A stretch of DNA of 64,000 nt from Acidilobaceae archaeon (lineage in GTDB: Archaea; Thermoproteota; Thermoprotei_A; Sulfolobales; Acidilobaceae), in assembly GCA_038824665.1 (NCBI GenBank), contig JAWBBK010000001.1, positions 320,001-384,000 of the forward strand, in the 5' to 3' direction. Every line of letters begins with the position of its first letter. Within the stretch, counting starts at the first letter, position 1. The position numbers were made by a program, and so were the translations under genes. Positions 50,926-60,255 of the stretch are shown in pieces. The notes beneath the pieces were generated by a model. The model was not told where the DNA came from. It did no database searches and saw only the letters and a program-made list of their open reading frames with translations.

Positions 50926-51011
50926 TTTTGGAGCTTCACCGGAACCCGAATCTGAAAAAGTCAGAACATAATAAAGCTTTCGCTTATCCTCAGCCTCTAG
51001 GGCTTCTCATA

Positions 51012-51719
51012 GTGACTTCGTTAAGACTAGACAATGTTTCCGTGCTGTTTGAGGGAAACAAAGCAGTCGACTCTGTGAACGTAGAGTTTGAGTCAGGAGT
51101 TCACGTAGTTCTTGGAAAGAACGGAGCAGGTAAGAGCACTCTCCTCAGAGCTATAGCCAAACTTGTAGACTTTCAGGGAGAGATCTATGTTGATGGAAGA
51201 AGCATTAGGTCTATGAGCAGAAAGGAGTTAGCTAAAACTATAGGCTATTGTTGGCAAAACCCCTACTACGGCTTTATAGAGCAGACCGTAGAGGAAGAAA
51301 TACAGTTCATCCTTAAGAGCCTAGGAATTCAAGGAGACAACAGAGTAGTCGAGATCTTAGTTCCTAAAGAACTCATGAAGAGAAACCCGTTTACATTAAG
51401 CGGAGGTGAGGCTAAAAGAGTGTCAACAGCTTCTATTCTCATTGCTAACCAGCCGATCTGGCTTCTTGACGAACCGTTTTCTTTTCTCGATAGAGATGGA
51501 GTCTTTTCAATGATAGAGCTGGTAGACTATGGCAGAAAGAAGGGCAAGATCATAATAGTGGCTTTACATGACGCTACGCATTCACATCTCTTAAAGCCTG
51601 ACACTTACGTGCTTTTGCACAAAGGTAAACTTGTAGCTAGAGGATCATGGGATTCCCTCAGAGATGAACAACTAGCTCTTGCCGGACTGTTGACAAGAGG
51701 GGAACTCTGTGGCCGCTAG
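51012..51719 (+). CDS. ECF transporter ATPase (EcfA)
   Basis: GKNGAGKST, QNP, PFTLSGGEAKR and LDEP motifs; start trimmed to GTG at 51012. Confidence 0.9.
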   Translation: MTSLRLDNVSVLFEGNKAVDSVNVEFESGVHVVLGKNGAGKSTLLRAIAKLVDFQGEIYVDGRSIRSMSRKELAKTIGYCWQNPYYGFIEQTVEEEIQFILKSLGIQGDNRVVEILVPKELMKRNPFTLSGGEAKRVSTASILIANQPIWLLDEPFSFLDRDGVFSMIELVDYGRKKGKIIIVALHDATHSHLLKPDTYVLLHKGKLVARGSWDSLRDEQLALAGLLTRGELCGR

Positions 51720-52281
51720 GGTTCTCGAAGAAGTATTGAGCTACAGAAGCAGAGCCCATCCTGTGCTTTCGAGTAAATGGTTTCTAGTTACAAAAGCGCT
51801 TCTTCTCGCGTTTGCAATGCTTGCGCCCCTCCTCGCTCCTCTACCGCTAGCTCTTGCTCTTCTGGCATTTACCATGTTGCTTCTGCTGGCCTTAGGGCTT
51901 AGAGCCTCGATAGCTTATGTGGTGATGTCTACAGCGTTTGTCATAAGCTCGAGTGTCGTTCTAGCGGTGCTTTTCAAAGGAGATCCCATAGCGGCTTTCA
52001 GGTTCGGGCTATCTGCTGGCTCGAGCTTAGCTGTAGCTCTTTTCGTATTCGCTACCACGAAGCCAAGCGCGTTCAGAGCCCTTCCAGCTCTCTATGTGTC
52101 TCTGATTATCATAGACGGGGTTCTCAGAGAGACTCTAGACGTCTACGTTTCACTCAAAGCCAGAGGGTTGGAAAGCTGGAGGCTCTATGTAGCTGTTACA
52201 GTAGACTCGGTGCTCAGAAGCTTCGTCAGATCCGAAGCGCTAATAGATTCACTCAAAGCCAGAGGGTTGGAAATACAATAA
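51709..52281 (+). CDS. ECF transporter T component (short EcfT)
   Basis: Hydrophobic with two ARG coupling motifs; follows EcfA. Confidence 0.8.
   Translation: MAARVLEEVLSYRSRAHPVLSSKWFLVTKALLLAFAMLAPLLAPLPLALALLAFTMLLLLALGLRASIAYVVMSTAFVISSSVVLAVLFKGDPIAAFRFGLSAGSSLAVALFVFATTKPSAFRALPALYVSLIIIDGVLRETLDVYVSLKARGLESWRLYVAVTVDSVLRSFVRSEALIDSLKARGLEIQ
52149..52273 (+). repeat. Exact 26-bp direct repeat TTCACTCAAAGCCAGAGGGTTGGAAA
   Basis: Copies at 52149-52174 and 52248-52273, both encoding SLKARGLE. Confidence 0.9.
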
Positions 52282-52343
52282 AGAGCGTCTCTAGAACTCA
52301 CAGACTTGAACTTATCAGAAAGCGTAAGCTAGGAGAGATCTCT

Positions 52344-53033
52344 ATGAGCGAAGTCGAAGTCGTCTATTCGGAAGAGAGGTGGAAATTGCTTAGAGAGAAA
52401 AGAGCTATGGCTATAGCTATTATAAAAGCTCTCAGCTCTTCAACGATATACTCTATAGTTCACGGTAGCGTCGCTAGAGGAGATGTAAGTGAAAACAGCG
52501 ATATCGATGTGTTTGTGATAAACCCCGTGCCGCCTCTTCTAGTTGAGCTCGCTCTCGAAAGAGCTGGCTATAAAGCTAAGTGGAAAGAGATCGTTCAGGC
52601 TACTCCCTCAAGTACTCCTAAGGCTTACATCTATCTTGATGACAAAGGACTTCTCGTAGTCAGTCTCCCTCTTGGAACTTGTTCGAAAACTGAAAGAGAG
52701 TTCTACAAATGGGGAGGAGAAGCATCACTTGAAGACCTTGAGAAAGACAGACGAGTTCCTGGAGTTGATAAGAGGTTGATGTTGATAGAGCCAACGCCTA
52801 CAGGACATAAAGAGTCTCCTGTAGTGGGTAGAGAAACCTACGTAGCCAAGGTCTTAAATATTTCGGTAGAGACAGTGCTTGAGAGAGTACGAGTTCTCAC
52901 TAGACGAAGAGAACACGGAAGAACTGGAGTCTTTATTAAGAAAGTGATAGACGCTTCAACACCTATAGAGGAGGCTGTAATGAAGCTCTCTGAAGAGAAC
53001 CAATATTTCAGAAGGAAGATCTATGGCCTCTAG
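52344..53033 (+). CDS. Archaeal nucleotidyltransferase (COG2413-like)
   Basis: HGSVARGDV..SDID, EFY..GG, RVPGVDKRL and GRTGVF motifs. Confidence 0.88.
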   Translation: MSEVEVVYSEERWKLLREKRAMAIAIIKALSSSTIYSIVHGSVARGDVSENSDIDVFVINPVPPLLVELALERAGYKAKWKEIVQATPSSTPKAYIYLDDKGLLVVSLPLGTCSKTEREFYKWGGEASLEDLEKDRRVPGVDKRLMLIEPTPTGHKESPVVGRETYVAKVLNISVETVLERVRVLTRRREHGRTGVFIKKVIDASTPIEEAVMKLSEENQYFRRKIYGL

Positions 53034-53734
53034 CTGGAAAACTCTTCACACATTATTCCTTTCTCCTTCAGCATTGACGCTAAAGGCTTTATATGATCGC
53101 CACCTCTTACTATTAAGACCCCTTTAGCTCCTGATCTTGCGAGTTCCGTTATTCTATTAGCTACAGCCTCATCCCTTAATCTCATAGATGTGTGCGAAAA
53201 AACTAAGAAGGAGAAAGCTAGAAACAGGAAAGCCAAAGCACCGAGATAGAGAAAATAGAAAGGCTCATACATATTTTTAAGAAATCATGCAGAAAGCAAT
53301 TAGCGGAAGCAGAGACACGGTTTCAGCTAACAACAGGCTGAAACGTAAAGACTTAACCAAAAATCCTGCATCTGGGTCGAATATTAAGAGTCTTACTTTA
53401 TTTCCAGGCTCTTCTCTTAACGTAAATCTCTACGAACTGGTCCCCATAAAAAGTTGCCTTTCCATAGACAACTAGAAAGAAACACTCCTTAATCCAGATG
53501 AATGTCCGTAAGAGCAGAACGTAGAAGTAAAAAGCCAACACCAGCGGGAGCGCCGCTATCCTGTCTAAAAAGCTCATAGATTCAAACTCCAGCGTGATAC
53601 CTTCTAAAACGATGTGATCGACTTCTTCTAGAGCTTTGTCTAAAACTCGGACGTCTGGGCGAGAAATATGTGTTGTGCCTAACATGTAACACTTGAAGTC
53701 TTCTGAAGTCTTCGAATTTCGAGAAGGAATCCAT
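53030..53734 (-). pseudogene. TraB/PrgY-like membrane protein pseudogene (three frameshifts)
   Basis: GTTH..LE, RDE and GGDH motifs in separate frames; 10-nt tandem duplication at 53694-53713; SD GAGGAG before ATG at 53734. Confidence 0.6.
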
Positions 53735-53800
53735 TGTATAACTCCTCATCCATGGTTTCCGAAATAATCTATAATTAGCGTTCCTGAAATATCTTCTATC

Positions 53801-53866
53801 TTGATGAGGTGTACTGGGCCGGCCTGGAAGGCCAGAGGCCGATGTCGAGACCCTAGCCCTCGCCGA
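53801..53866 (+). ncRNA. Candidate box C/D sRNA with internal hairpin
   Basis: TTGATGA...CGGCCT/AGGCCG stem, then ATGTCGA-14 nt-CCGA; GC-rich; TATA-like TATAATTA about 25 nt upstream. Confidence 0.55.
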
Positions 53867-53905
53867 TATCTTGAATTTAATCCTGCGTTTTGCCGTTTGG
53901 TTGCG

Positions 53906-54511
53906 GTGAGCAGATTGAGCGCTTCAGAACAGAGCAGAGAGCTACGTTTAGAGCTAAACAAAGAGGAACTAGAGAAGCTCATCAAGCTCTCAGAGAAACT
54001 AAAGAGTTCACCGGAGCGCGTGATCAAGTCGTTAGTAGACGTTCTCTCTGACTACTCAGACAAGATAGGAGCTTTAGGCTCTAAGCTGAAGGTCAAAGAT
54101 GAAGTCTTAGCAGAGAGCGTTTTTGAAGAGCTTGTCTTCTACGGCGTTGTAGTCTGGGAGGAGATAGTGAACAAAGTGCTGGACAGCCTCGGAGCTAGCG
54201 GCTGTTACGAACTTCATGACATGGAGTTCGAACCAGTTAAATCTTATTTAGGGCTCGAGTTCGTAGCTTTAGAGCGGTGTGACCTCAAAGCAGACGTAGT
54301 TGTAGTAAAATGGGATCCTAACGAAGTCGTGCTTGAAGTCTTCTACTACTTAGAGGAGAAACCTGCACCTCAAAAGACTATCAAGACCTCCTACGAGTGG
54401 TTCTACGAGCCAGACGAACATGCAGTAATCATCAGAGTTCCTCTCAAAAGTCTCTTAGAAGCTCCAAAGCTAGCGGACATAGACGTAGAGGTTAAAAAGC
54501 TAGGTATATGA
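53906..54511 (+). CDS. Hypothetical protein (possible N-terminal RHH-like segment)
   Basis: Start trimmed to GTG at 53906 because the upstream track part overlaps the sRNA candidate; TATA-like ATTTAAT at ~53875. Confidence 0.7.
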   Translation: MSRLSASEQSRELRLELNKEELEKLIKLSEKLKSSPERVIKSLVDVLSDYSDKIGALGSKLKVKDEVLAESVFEELVFYGVVVWEEIVNKVLDSLGASGCYELHDMEFEPVKSYLGLEFVALERCDLKADVVVVKWDPNEVVLEVFYYLEEKPAPQKTIKTSYEWFYEPDEHAVIIRVPLKSLLEAPKLADIDVEVKKLGI

Positions 54512-54580
54512 GGTTGTCTTCACGAGTTCCTTAAGCTGTAGGATATAACCGCTCTAAGCTCTGAATATTTTTATGAAGTC

Positions 54581-55528
54581 TTGGGGATTCGTTTGGCAGA
54601 ACTCTCTATAAAGGTTGGAGAGAACTTCAAGGCTTCCGACATCCTCTACCCGTCTTTCGCTAGACCTCTTTTCGATATATCTGAAGACGGAAAGAAGGCA
54701 GTTAAAAGATGGGGTTTTTGTTCTGGAGCAGTTCTGAGTTCAGAAGGAGATCATATTGTTGTGAGACACGAGAAGAGAGAATGTGTAGACTACGGAGCAT
54801 ATCTCACTGGTGTCTGGAGCGTCCCCGAACGCTCAAGTCCTCCTAGAGGAGGAGTTCTGAGCGAACTAGTTGAACTCATGCTCGAAAGCTATCGAACCTT
54901 CGGCGTTTCCACTTCTCCTAAAGACGACTATGTAGTCTTCACAAGCATATTTTTATCGCGCAACACCGACTACGATAAAAACACCATAAGGTGGGTTAGA
55001 GAACTCTTGTACAGACTTGATGACTTTTCTAAAATAGCTGAGCTTAAAGGCAGAGACATCTTAAAGCTTGTAGGCTCTAGCTATCAGCTCAGACAGCTCC
55101 CTTCAGCTCTGAAGTGCTATTCAAGAGTGAGAAGCGAAGTACTTGAGGGAAGACATCAAGAGATGCTTAAGTGTAGTAACGTGGGTCCAAAGGTGTACCA
55201 CTCCTATATGCTCCATGTGTTGTTGAGAAAAGACATCGCTCCTATAGACATAAATCTCACTAGGTTCTTAAACATGTTTTCAGATTGGAAACTTGGACTC
55301 GAGAAACCGGAGAAAAGGAAGTGTTTAAAGCATCAATGTGAATTTTGTCCCACATCACATAAATGTGCTGAGAGTATGCTCAGAAGAGAGTTAGGCGATC
55401 TTCTAGGCTGGTTTCAGAACGCTACTTACTATCACTTTAAGAACTATTGTAAGCTCTCTAGATGCTTCAAGTGTCCGCTAAACAACATATGTCTAAAGAA
55501 GAAAAGATTAAAGCCTAACCATATCTAG
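54581..55528 (+). CDS. HhH-GPD DNA glycosylase-like protein with two Cys4 motifs
   Basis: IFLSRNT, NVGPKV (HhH), PID, CLKHQCEFCPTSHKC and CKLSRCFKCPLNNIC. Confidence 0.72.
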   Translation: MGIRLAELSIKVGENFKASDILYPSFARPLFDISEDGKKAVKRWGFCSGAVLSSEGDHIVVRHEKRECVDYGAYLTGVWSVPERSSPPRGGVLSELVELMLESYRTFGVSTSPKDDYVVFTSIFLSRNTDYDKNTIRWVRELLYRLDDFSKIAELKGRDILKLVGSSYQLRQLPSALKCYSRVRSEVLEGRHQEMLKCSNVGPKVYHSYMLHVLLRKDIAPIDINLTRFLNMFSDWKLGLEKPEKRKCLKHQCEFCPTSHKCAESMLRRELGDLLGWFQNATYYHFKNYCKLSRCFKCPLNNICLKKKRLKPNHI

Positions 55529-57340
55529 AACATCTTTTGAGTAGTCTCTTCTAAGAGCGAACTCGGCTTTTCTGCCTGAGTTCCACATTCTGACAGGTCT
55601 GTAATAGCCTACTATTCTGCTCCATACATCAACTATTTCTCCACATTTAGGACATCTCTCTTCTCTACCTACTTTTCTGAATCCGCAATTAGGACAAACA
55701 GTAATCGTTGGAGTTATGCTCATATAGACTATCTTGGTCTCTTTCATCACTTTCATTACGAACTTAGCTATAGCTTCTGGCGGCAAGCTTCTTTCTAAAA
55801 ACACGTGTTTCATAACTCCTCCTGTAAACATAGGCTGTACTTCAGACTCTAGCCAAAGCTGGTCTTTTAGATGAATTGTAGAATAAGGAGGAGTTAGCTG
55901 ATTAGTGTAGAAAGGTTTTCTACCTTGAGGGGTTTCGCCTACAGGAATAAACGGAATTAAAGAAAGCTCTTCAACTAGGTCTAAGTCTTTTTCTGCAAGC
56001 TTTACTCCTAAAGTCTCTCCAGGCACTTCTTCTACGTTGTAAAGGTCTCCGTCTTCTTCTTCAAATTCGGCTAATCTTTCGTGTATATAGGAGAGCAGGC
56101 TTCTGTAATAGCTTAGGGCTTCGGGTAACTTGTTTGTTTCAAACCAGAACTCTGGATCGCCTGACATTATCGAAGCGTATTCAGCAAGCCCTATGAGCCC
56201 TATGGTGTTGTAGTAGAACTTAAACGGATCGTCTTTATCTATGTACTCTGCTGTCATAGGATACATTCCGAGCTTGTGAAGCTTTAGGTATTGTTTTCTG
56301 AAAGCTCTAAGAGTTTTTCTAGCCGCTTGTAAAAGCTCGTCTAGCTTATCGAAAGCTTTAAAGTCGTCTGAAGCAGAAGCCAACATAGCTAATCTAGGAG
56401 CGTTTATAACCACGACGTTTATTGAGCCAACGCTTGGAGGCATATCCCAAACCCCTTTAGCTGTTTTAAGAGCCTCTTTGACTTTTTTCATATCTGAGAT
56501 CAGTCTACAGCAAAATGAAAACAGGTCTTCTGCTCTGTGGTTGAAACCGTTTAAGAAATACATTTGACCTACTTCAGAAACCATGCTCCAATAGGAAGTC
56601 CAGAGCTCGCTATCTGAGTTCAAGAGCTTCTCGAAGTCGCTGTTAACTAGGCTGGTAGCTATGGGGAACGTGAAGGGTTGCTTCAAAGCATCGCCTTCCG
56701 CAAAGACTTCCACTAACGCTTTGACTATTGTCATAGTGTGCTCAAGATGGCTATCGTAAGTCTCTCTTAGCCTTAATCCCCAAAGAGGTTGAGACCTGTA
56801 GAATTTATTAGAGAACGCTAACACTGTGTTTGTGAACGGACTCTGTCCTGTTTTAAGCGGATAGTTAAGGTTATAAATGAATCTCTGTAGATTTTGTTTT
56901 ACCTGCTTATAGCTTAGCTTGTCCCAATCGACGAAAGGAGCTAAATTCAAATCGATAGCGTAAAGCCCTATTGCACCAGTTCTTTCGAAACTGAAGGTGT
57001 ACAATGTGTTGACCAACTGATCTACAGCTGAATCCATATGTTTAGGAGGTCTTGAAGTAATCGTTGGAGTTTTCAAGCCTCTCTCTACTATAGGTCTTGA
57101 ATCTATCCCACCACAATAAGGTTTAACTGCGCTACCGTCTTTCAGCTTGTAGATATATATCCAACCTTCTTCATGTAGCTTAATAGCGTCGCTCGGTAGT
57201 ATCTTTTGAGCTATGCTGCAATACACTTCTCCTAAAAGAGCGTATTGAAGACCTCCGATACTCTCCGGTATGTTTGCGTTATCTCTTACCAGCCATTCCG
57301 TTCTCTCTACATACTGACTGTAAACATCGAAGATCTCCAC
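55508..57340 (-). CDS. nrdD: Anaerobic (class III) ribonucleotide reductase
   Basis: PYC, QSPFTN, FTFPI, CCRL, CPNC..CPKC Zn site and RIVGY glycyl-radical loop. Confidence 0.95.
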   Translation of the reverse strand: MEIFDVYSQYVERTEWLVRDNANIPESIGGLQYALLGEVYCSIAQKILPSDAIKLHEEGWIYIYKLKDGSAVKPYCGGIDSRPIVERGLKTPTITSRPPKHMDSAVDQLVNTLYTFSFERTGAIGLYAIDLNLAPFVDWDKLSYKQVKQNLQRFIYNLNYPLKTGQSPFTNTVLAFSNKFYRSQPLWGLRLRETYDSHLEHTMTIVKALVEVFAEGDALKQPFTFPIATSLVNSDFEKLLNSDSELWTSYWSMVSEVGQMYFLNGFNHRAEDLFSFCCRLISDMKKVKEALKTAKGVWDMPPSVGSINVVVINAPRLAMLASASDDFKAFDKLDELLQAARKTLRAFRKQYLKLHKLGMYPMTAEYIDKDDPFKFYYNTIGLIGLAEYASIMSGDPEFWFETNKLPEALSYYRSLLSYIHERLAEFEEEDGDLYNVEEVPGETLGVKLAEKDLDLVEELSLIPFIPVGETPQGRKPFYTNQLTPPYSTIHLKDQLWLESEVQPMFTGGVMKHVFLERSLPPEAIAKFVMKVMKETKIVYMSITPTITVCPNCGFRKVGREERCPKCGEIVDVWSRIVGYYRPVRMWNSGRKAEFALRRDYSKDVLDMVRL

Positions 57341-57492
57341 CGCGCTCCCTATAACTAGTGTTAAAACCTGAATGCTTAAGTTTAAAGATCTAAAGATCTA
57401 AAGACTTGAAGTCGTAACTTAGAAGAGATATATGAAGACTTGGTTAGACTTTTAAGTTCCTGGAACTTAAGGAGGGGGAAGGCGGTCAAACC

Positions 57493-58851
57493 ATGAATGG
57501 TGAAGTCAAGATAAAGTCGATCCCAAAGACCGCTTTGAAGAGGTCTATTCATAGTCACATAAGAGGTCTAGGAATAGACAAAAACGGGAAAGCTAAGAGA
57601 GTCGGAGACGGGCTTGTAGGTCAGGAGGAAGCTAGAGAAGCAGCTGGAGTCATAGTTCAACTTGTAAAGGAAGGTAAGCTCGGAGGCAGAGGCGTTCTGA
57701 TCGTTGGTCCACCCGGTACAGGCAAAACAGCTATAGCTATGGCTATGGCTAAAGAGCTAGGAGAAGACACACCCTTTGTAGCCATAAGCGCGAGCGAGAT
57801 CGTTGGGAGCAGGAACAAGATAGAGGTCCTGATTCAGTCGGTTAGGAAAGCAATTGGGTTGAGAGTGAAAGAGTTAAGACCAGTCGTGGAGGGTGTCGTA
57901 ACCGAAGTGAAGTACACTAAGAGACAAAGTAGCTTGTACCCCTACGCGACTCTAGCTGGTGCGAGGATAACTCTTGAAACTAAAGACGATTCTGCGTCTT
58001 TCAGCGTAGGTCCTGAAATAGCCGAGCAACTACTAGCTCTAAACGTGAGGAAAGGAGACGTGATAGTTATAGATACGGAAACTGGAGCTGTTAGAAAGTT
58101 GGGAAGAGTTAGAGAAAAAGCTGATAAGCGTTACGATATTGAACTCGAAAGAGAAGTCGAGATGCCTAGTGGTCCTGTCAAAAAGACTAAAGAGTTCGTC
58201 AGAGTCTTCACTCTACATGACCTCGACGTATCAATAGCTGCTCGTAGAGTGGTTTTAGGAGGAATATTTGCGCTCTTCGAGAGCGAGAAAGAGATAAGCG
58301 ATGAAGATAGAAAAAGAGCAGACGAATATGCTAAGAAGCTCATAGATGACGGTAAAGCTGAGCTGTTGCCAGGAGTGCTCTTCATAGATGACGTCCACAT
58401 GCTAGATCTCGAGTGCTATTCGTTCTTGACTAGAGCTATGGAAAGCGAGCTTGCGCCTCTCATAGTTATGGCAACTAACAGAGGGATCACGAAGATAAGA
58501 GGTACCGACATAGAGTCTCCACATGGTATGCCTAGAGACCTGCTTGACAGACTCCTCATAATAACCACAAGGCCTTATACAGAAGACGAGATACGAGAGA
58601 TCTTGCTCCTTAGAGCCGACGAAGAAGAAGTATCGCTTTCCGAAGATGCACTTAAAGCCTTAACCAAGATAGGCAAGGAAAGGAGCTTAAGATATGCTGT
58701 TCAGCTTCTCGAACCAGCGAAAGTGCTAGCTTCAAGAAGAGGCTCTAGCAAGGTTGAAGAACAAGACGTACTCGAAGCTTCTAGACTCTTTGCAGACCTC
58801 AAGAAGAGTATCAACATAGCCGAAGCCTTCAAAGACCTGCTCTTAGCCTAA
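57493..58851 (+). CDS. TIP49/RuvB-like AAA+ ATPase
   Basis: HSHIRGLG, GPPGTGKT, FIDDVHMLD, ATNRG and DLLDRL motifs. Confidence 0.96.
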   Translation: MNGEVKIKSIPKTALKRSIHSHIRGLGIDKNGKAKRVGDGLVGQEEAREAAGVIVQLVKEGKLGGRGVLIVGPPGTGKTAIAMAMAKELGEDTPFVAISASEIVGSRNKIEVLIQSVRKAIGLRVKELRPVVEGVVTEVKYTKRQSSLYPYATLAGARITLETKDDSASFSVGPEIAEQLLALNVRKGDVIVIDTETGAVRKLGRVREKADKRYDIELEREVEMPSGPVKKTKEFVRVFTLHDLDVSIAARRVVLGGIFALFESEKEISDEDRKRADEYAKKLIDDGKAELLPGVLFIDDVHMLDLECYSFLTRAMESELAPLIVMATNRGITKIRGTDIESPHGMPRDLLDRLLIITTRPYTEDEIREILLLRADEEEVSLSEDALKALTKIGKERSLRYAVQLLEPAKVLASRRGSSKVEEQDVLEASRLFADLKKSINIAEAFKDLLLA

Positions 58852-58891
58852 GCCAATATTTAATAGCTTCGAGAACATTAAATGTGACGGA

Positions 58892-58948
58892 GTGATGAAC
58901 GGAGAGTACCTCGGAGATCTGCTCCGTGAAGAAGTGGTCCTTCGCTGA
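58892..58948 (+). ncRNA. Box C/D guide sRNA (first of a tandem pair)
   Basis: GTGATGA-13 nt-CGGA...GTGAAGA-12 nt-CTGA. Confidence 0.72.
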
Positions 58949-58953
58949 CCAAG

Positions 58954-59003
58954 ATGTGGAGGCACGAGCGAGCCGAGTTCGATGAGGAACGTGCTTGTTC
59001 CGA
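58954..59003 (+). ncRNA. Box C/D guide sRNA (second of a tandem pair)
   Basis: ATGTGGA-12 nt-CCGA-gttcg-ATGAGGA-11 nt-CCGA. Confidence 0.6.
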
Positions 59004-59081
59004 AAGCCTTTCCACGACCTCAGTAAAGATAAAATTCTATAAAATCCTGTTTACCTTCACTTCGCAGGGTGTTCAGCGGCA

Positions 59082-60245
59082 TTGGAGAGCTATATGAGGC
59101 TTGTAATGTTTCTAGTAGCTCTTCTAGCGTTTTGGATTCTCCTGTTAGTCTTCTCAAAGACTAAGAAGTTCGAAAGGTTGGAGGTCAAACCTTTTCTTCT
59201 TATCTACAAAATCGGAAAGAGCATAGAGAGAAAAAGAGGAACTTTTTTTGACTTCTTAGGTTCTATCGGTTGGATAGGACTTCCTGTACTGTTCGTCTCG
59301 GCTCTCTTTTTCTACTTCATCATAGGCGACGCCGTTTATTACAGATACTTCAGTCCAGAGCCTCCTCAAGACGAAATACCTAGAGGAATAGTGCCTCTAC
59401 TCCCAGGAGTCACGATACCTCTTGACATCAATTTGGTCTTAGCGCTTTTTTCAATAGGCTTAGCCGTATTAGTGCATGAGGTTGGTCACGCTCTTTCTGC
59501 AGCATCATTAGGTCTTAGAGTTAAGGATAGCGGCATGATACTTTTAGCGTTCATCCCTGCGGCGTTTGTAGAACTTGATGAAGAGTCCTTCAGAAGAGCT
59601 AGCTGGAGCGTTAAGACCAGAGTTCTATCGGCTGGAGTGACAAGCAATATCGTTTTAGCCTTTCTAGCTCTAGCTCTGCTACTATCAGCTCCGATTCCAC
59701 AACCGGATGGAGTTATGATAGAAAGCGTAGAACTAGGTTCTGTAGCTGAAAAAGCAGGGCTCGCTCCTGGAGACGTGGTACGGTACGTAAACGGTCTCGA
59801 AGTAAAGAGCGTAGCTGATTTCAGGAAAGTTCTAGAAGAACTAGGAGTTTTCGATGAGAGCGTAGAGACCTCTTTTGAGATCGCTATAGTAAGAGAAGGC
59901 AAGGTCTTAGTTTTGTCTATAACGAAACCAGTTGGAGAGGACAGGTTAGGAGTTACTCTCAGCAACGTCTACTCTGGGATGAACAACGTGCTCCTAGCCT
60001 TAATTATCACGCTTAGAACGCTCTTCGTTATCAATCTAGCTCTAGCTTTGATTAACGCGGCTCCTCTCATTATACCAAGCCCCTGGGGCAATCTGATGAC
60101 AGATGGGGCTCAGGTAATCAAGGAAACCTTGACTCCTCTGCTAGGAGAGAGGCTGTCTGGAGTGACTCTCTCAGCTCTTGGTTTAGCTACCCTCTTACTA
60201 ACCTTATCTGTGATCACTCTAGAGCCTCTCAGGTTTGTGCCCTAA
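59082..60245 (+). CDS. Site-2 protease (M50) with PDZ domain
   Basis: HEVGH, AFVE, SAGVTSN, PDZ (AEKAGL.PGD) and NAAP...DG motifs. Confidence 0.93.
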   Translation: MESYMRLVMFLVALLAFWILLLVFSKTKKFERLEVKPFLLIYKIGKSIERKRGTFFDFLGSIGWIGLPVLFVSALFFYFIIGDAVYYRYFSPEPPQDEIPRGIVPLLPGVTIPLDINLVLALFSIGLAVLVHEVGHALSAASLGLRVKDSGMILLAFIPAAFVELDEESFRRASWSVKTRVLSAGVTSNIVLAFLALALLLSAPIPQPDGVMIESVELGSVAEKAGLAPGDVVRYVNGLEVKSVADFRKVLEELGVFDESVETSFEIAIVREGKVLVLSITKPVGEDRLGVTLSNVYSGMNNVLLALIITLRTLFVINLALALINAAPLIIPSPWGNLMTDGAQVIKETLTPLLGERLSGVTLSALGLATLLLTLSVITLEPLRFVP

Positions 60246-60255
60246 GGGAGATACA

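Noticed and set aside
52149-52273. Mini-CRISPR interpretation of the 26-bp repeat
   Set aside because: Only two copies, 73-bp spacer, in-frame inside ecfT, no cas genes or leader
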